This document shows, one piece after another, positions 59,421-64,000 of a DNA stretch of 64,000 nucleotides. The first letter of the stretch is position 1. The number at the start of each line of letters is the position of its first letter. Made by a program: the position numbers and the translations under genes. This stretch comes from Mesotaenium endlicherianum (lineage: Eukaryota). Location of the stretch: the NCBI GenBank assembly GCA_009602735.1, contig WELA01001907.1, forward strand, positions 142,601 to 206,600. The letters run 5' to 3'. The notes below the pieces were generated by a model. It did no database searches. It worked only from the letters and a program-made list of their open reading frames with translations, and had not been told where the DNA came from.

Positions 59421-62400
59421 TGTAAGGTTATGAAAGTGTAATTTGTTTCTTTGTAGTATTTTATATGCATAGAGTGTGATTTAAGAAGTACTTTGGCCCT
59501 TATTTCAAGTCATTTGGACAAGTATTGAGATAGTTATGAATTTTGGAAGTTTTTAGTGAGTTTTTATTGTCACAGATTCTATTTAGTGACAAGGACAGGT
59601 CTAGTGACGAAAATTTTGGTTGGAGTCCAAGAAGTAGGACATTGAAACATGAGGGTTCCAAAAAGTACGTACAATTACGTAGAGTGCCAAAGTGATCGTG
59701 GAATTTCTAGAAACTCCGTGAGGAGTTAGTGAATTGTGTAGTAGAATATTATAGAGTGTGATTGTGTGCATGTGAGTGTGCTAGCTTGTCCAACTAGGCA
59801 AGGTTACCTACACGGAAGGAGCCATAGGAGAAGGTTCTCGAGGTTCTTTGCTAGAGAGGACACTTAGAGTTAAAGGATAAAATGGAAAGCACAAGGAAGT
59901 AGAGGGGGCTTATTCTAGTCTAACCTTCGTATCTTGTACACGACTTTTCTTAATAAAGTGAGTTCTTTTCCACTCCTCTCTCATGTAGCCCTCTAACTCT
60001 TGCAAGGGTGGCATACCACCAGGCCACTCCACCTTGTGTATGCAACTAGAAAAGTTCCTCGTGCACGCTTCCACTCGCGGGTGAGGGTGCGTGAGTGTGC
60101 ATGGGCGCACTCCCCGCACCCTCTCCCCTTTCACATGGTATAGGAGCTACCTAGTTGCTTCATTTGGAGGAGGAGCTTTGGTTGGTGCTGCATGTAGGAG
60201 TGTAGAGAGAGTGTAGAGGAGAAGCAAAGATGACTTATAAGTTGCTAAAGGCAGCCATGAAGACATTGATGCTAGCTAGCATCTCACTCTCTTGAAGAAG
60301 GGAGGAGATGGGAAGAGGGAGGTGCTCCATGAAGTGTTAACTTGGATGCAACCAGATTTTTGTACGTCTTCTTTATAGTATGAGGAGGTTGCCCAAGCAT
60401 GGTAGTGATATAAGTAATATAGAGCAACCTTTTCTTGAGTATGGAGGCATATGAGCATGAATAATATCTGGAGTTTACACGGCTGGATTTTTCCTTAAAG
60501 ATGCAAGCTCTTTGGTGTTAAGCACTTTCTTTGAGGGGGGCATAGCATAGAGGTGATAGTGGCTAGAAAGGAGTGTGTGCCCATCTTTATTTCAGATCTT
60601 CAATGAAGGTGGAGCAGATTTTAAGGGTAGGCAACCGGGGACTTAGCAAGCATGTGTACTTGCAAGTCTAGGAGCTTTGGCGAGCATAGCATTCGCAAGC
60701 TCAAGAGGTGCTCATGAGAACCTCAAGAGAGGGTGCACCGAGATGTTGCACCAAGATGGCCAAATATGTGGCCAGATTTGGGTTGCCTTGCATCACTCCT
60801 ATGTAGCCACTGGTTATTTGAGGCCAGCCATGATGGAGCTTGGTACCTTGTATGGAGATTGAAGAAGCCTCAAGTGAAGAGAAGCATCGTGGAGAAGGCT
60901 TGGAGCAAGAAGAAGTATTCCAGATTTTTCTTCAAAGAGGAGAGATGGAGATCGAGCCTTTCAAGTTCAAATTTCTCTTTTCTTATGGAGGAGTGTACTA
61001 CGGATTATATGGTGTTGAGAACTATGATGAAGACGAGCCTATGGTGTGGAAGAAGAAGCAAGGTATGAAGTTGGTGCAAGAGGGCTAGTGCAAGAAATGT
61101 CTCCCACTTGAAGCGTGTGTGCCATTAGTTGTGTGATGGCATAGTTAAGGGGCAGATTTTGGTGCATCTATGGAAGCTCTTCATGTGAAAGTAGAGCACC
61201 AATGCAAGCTGGGTTTAGTAGTAAAAAGTGTCATTGGGGTGACCAAGGCTAGAGTGCACTCAAGAAGCTAAGCATGGGGAAGGAGTTGCACAAAGAGAGT
61301 AGCCTATCCTCTAGTGCTTTAGTGCACGGGTCAAGTGAAGACCAAGGAGGAGTATGGTCAAGTGAGGATAGTGAAATAGGTGGAGGTAGATATGACCACA
61401 AGTAGCTATCTTCAGCCCGCTAGCAAAGAAGCGACGGGGGAAGGTGAAGGTGAAGGAGAAGCGCTTGTTTTGGTGACCTTGGCCCGGTCATCACACGGAG
61501 CAAGCGTGCCTCCTAACAACCTTGGCGAATGTACATCGCCGGNTGCCGGTGGAGCCTGTAGAGGTGTATGATCCCCTTGCTCATATATAGAGCAGACCCC
61601 AACTGCTCAAGTGGAGGAGCTCTTAGAAAGTGAGCTCAAGAGAAGTCCGCTTGCAAGACAAAGTGTGTGCGAGCACAAGATGAGGTGCAAGCACTAAGAC
61701 TATGTGCGTATGCCCAAGTTATGGAGTTCTTGGAGGTGTTCCAGGTGTGTTTCTTGGAGCCTGGTGCAAAGGCTTACCTTCAAGGAGAAGCAGGAGTATG
61801 TGGGAGTGAGCATCCAGCCAAAAAGAAGACTATGATGGAGTTTGGTGCACCACGAGCGAGAGTACGCGCTCATGCCTTGTAAGATTTATTATTGTCGCTT
61901 GATGGACTCTACGACTTTATGGATATGGACCTATAAGGAGGAGACCAAGTGTTATGGGGCTGATATGTCCTGCCTATGATGGAGATATGTGACAAGGACT
62001 TGGACATGAAGCTAGAAGAATCAGCGCCTATACAAGCAAGGAAGAGAGAGGCGTAAAATCTGGACTTGGACACTCGAGTGGTAAGCACCTTACCTTCATG
62101 ATGAGGGGGGGGAATGTTATAGTTGTTTATAGTGCTTGTAAGCAAGGTCAAACCAGTCCCATGAGTTCATTTGTAACTAAGAGATTTGAAGTGGAAAGAA
62201 GTTTGAGAGCAAGAGCTTGGAAGATACTCAAATCTGTCTATGATGGAGGGTTTTACGGGTACGCGAGCGCGAGGGTAAAAGTTGGCAGATTTTGGCTACT
62301 TTTTGCCTATTTGGGAGAGAGTGGGTAATATTTTCACTAGAAGTCCTACATGATGTGGGAGGCCTAGTATGAGGCCTGCCTTGAGTTATAGTCAAGTTTC

Positions 62401-63694
62401 TGAATCAGGGGTTTAAGCATGTGCCATTTGTAGGCGCGGGAGCTTTATCCATGTTCCGCGCGTCTGCGTCCTACGAGCGTGAGGCACAAAGTGACGATCT
62501 CGTTTGAGTGTTAGACTTTGATTCAGATTCTGAAAGTTTGTGGAGAGTCCTATGGGTTGAGATTCAGAAAAAGTAAATTTTTTTATAAAACTATTAATTT
62601 AAGTCCTGACAGTGCCACATGGCGGTCTGCTGGACTGCCGTGCGAGCCACATGTGTGATGCAAGGCGCAATCTGATTTTATGGTCTTAGACTCAAAATCA
62701 GGGGAAACAGAGCATACCAGTGAGTTTAGAGGGGTGATTTTATGTAGATTGCACAACTTTCAGGCTAAAAATGTCAGAAAAGTCAGGGGGCTGCCACATG
62801 GCGTCTTGAGAGGTCACCACGAGTCACGCACACGAGTGAGAGAGTGCAATACCTCTACAAGGAGTATGGCTTAGAGCTAGAGGTAGCTAAGGGTACCAGA
62901 AGGTTCAGGAACATAGTGGAGTCAGGTTCATTATGTAAACAAGTCAAAATTATAAGAGCACCACGAGTAAGCCACATGGCGCGACGAGGAGCTGCCACTT
63001 GTCCAAGAGGGCGAAGAATGAGTATTTTGGTGATTTGGCGGACTATTATGCATTGGATCCAGCATTGGAGTATGTGGAGATGATGGAGGGAGTATGTTAC
63101 AACATTTATGAAGATATTGGCCTAATTCCGAGACGAAGGAATTGAAGAGAAGATGCACTTGTGTTAGGACACGCCATGTGTGGAGCCAATGTATGCGATG
63201 GAGCATTTACTAAGTGGAGCAAGTTTGGAGTGTTAAGTATCATCCTGTAGCCTGTTCAAGACCTGCAACTTGAATAATATATGTGAACATGTATTTTTCT
63301 AGCGTATATGTGAGCTCAATTCCTCATATGACGTCACTTATGCTTAGTATGCGTCGAGGACGTCGCATCTTGAGGAGGGGGATGATGTAAGATTATGAAA
63401 GTGAAGTTTGTTTCTTTGTAGTATTTTATATGCATAGAGTGTGATTTAATAAGAACTTTAACCCTTATTTCAAGTCATTTGGACAAGTATTGAGATAGTT
63501 ATGAATTTTGGAAGTTTTTAGTGAGTTTTTAATGTCACATATTCTATTTAGTGACAAGGACAGGTCCAGTGACGAAAATTTCGGTTGGAGTCCAGGAAGT
63601 AGGACATTGAAACATGAGGGTTCCAGAAAGTACGTACAATTACGTAGAGTGCCAAAGTGATCGTGAAATTTCTAAAAACTCCGTGAGGAGTTAG
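59421..63694 (+). mobile_element. Element E: LTR element related to family D with no recognisable gag/pol (probably non-autonomous)
   Basis: 5' LTR at 59421-60133 (TGTAAGG...CCCCTTTCA), PBS TGGTATAGGAGC at 60136-60147, PPT at about 63371-63385, and a 3' LTR from 63386 interrupted at 63695. Confidence 0.85.
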
Positions 63695-64000
63695 TGAAAT
63701 GAATCGACTTATCAAATAGGCGATTAACAATTAATAAAGATCTTTATATCAGCAAGTAATCTTTATGGTATTTTCCGTTAATTGGATTGACGGCAAAGGA
63801 CAACACACTAGCAGTGAATAATACTCGTCAGTCAAACGAGAGTAAACTAGCATCAATAATGCAAATCAGTAAACTCATACATAAGCAAGGTTAGAAGACA
63901 GTGCGTATCGATGGCTTCTCGCCTCATATTCAGATCTCTCTCAGTAAGCTGTACAAGAGAGTTGGCCTCGTTTCCAAATGCCGAACTCGAGAGCAATGCC
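63695..64000 (-). repeat. Family-A LTR inserted in the E 3' LTR (runs off the window)
   Basis: TGAAATGAATCGACTTA..., homologous to about 503-810. Confidence 0.9.

Overview
This is a eukaryotic, gene-free, heterochromatin-like window made almost entirely of nested transposable elements. The host is not identifiable; the tRNA-iMet primer sites and chromovirus content suggest a green alga or plant, which is inference. I distinguish four Ty3/gypsy chromovirus families by their LTRs (my labels A-D), a probable non-autonomous relative of D (E), two decayed piggyBac-like DNA transposons with CACTAG-type TIRs at TTAA sites, and LINE-like and RT remnants at the right. One old minus-strand family-A element (A2; 5' LTR 54902-55647) appears to host most of the window. 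Inserted in it are C1 (containing an A LTR, which contains the intact young element B1 at 890-7569), A1 (containing piggyBac PB1), D1 (containing a solo D LTR), piggyBac PB2, and B2 (containing C2). Four observations stand out. (1) Both family-A copies carry an unrecognised third ORF ('ORF X', about 420 codons) downstream of the chromodomain, in the env/accessory position; it keeps amino-acid motifs but is far more divergent than the rest of the element. (2) The 5' LTR of B2 is reduced to a 65-bp palindrome of two U5 ends. (3) C2 has a miniature Gag-like domain fused in frame to Pol with no zinc knuckle. (4) Family B has a clear -1 frameshift signal. Boundaries were read by eye and may be off by a few bases; no database searches were run.
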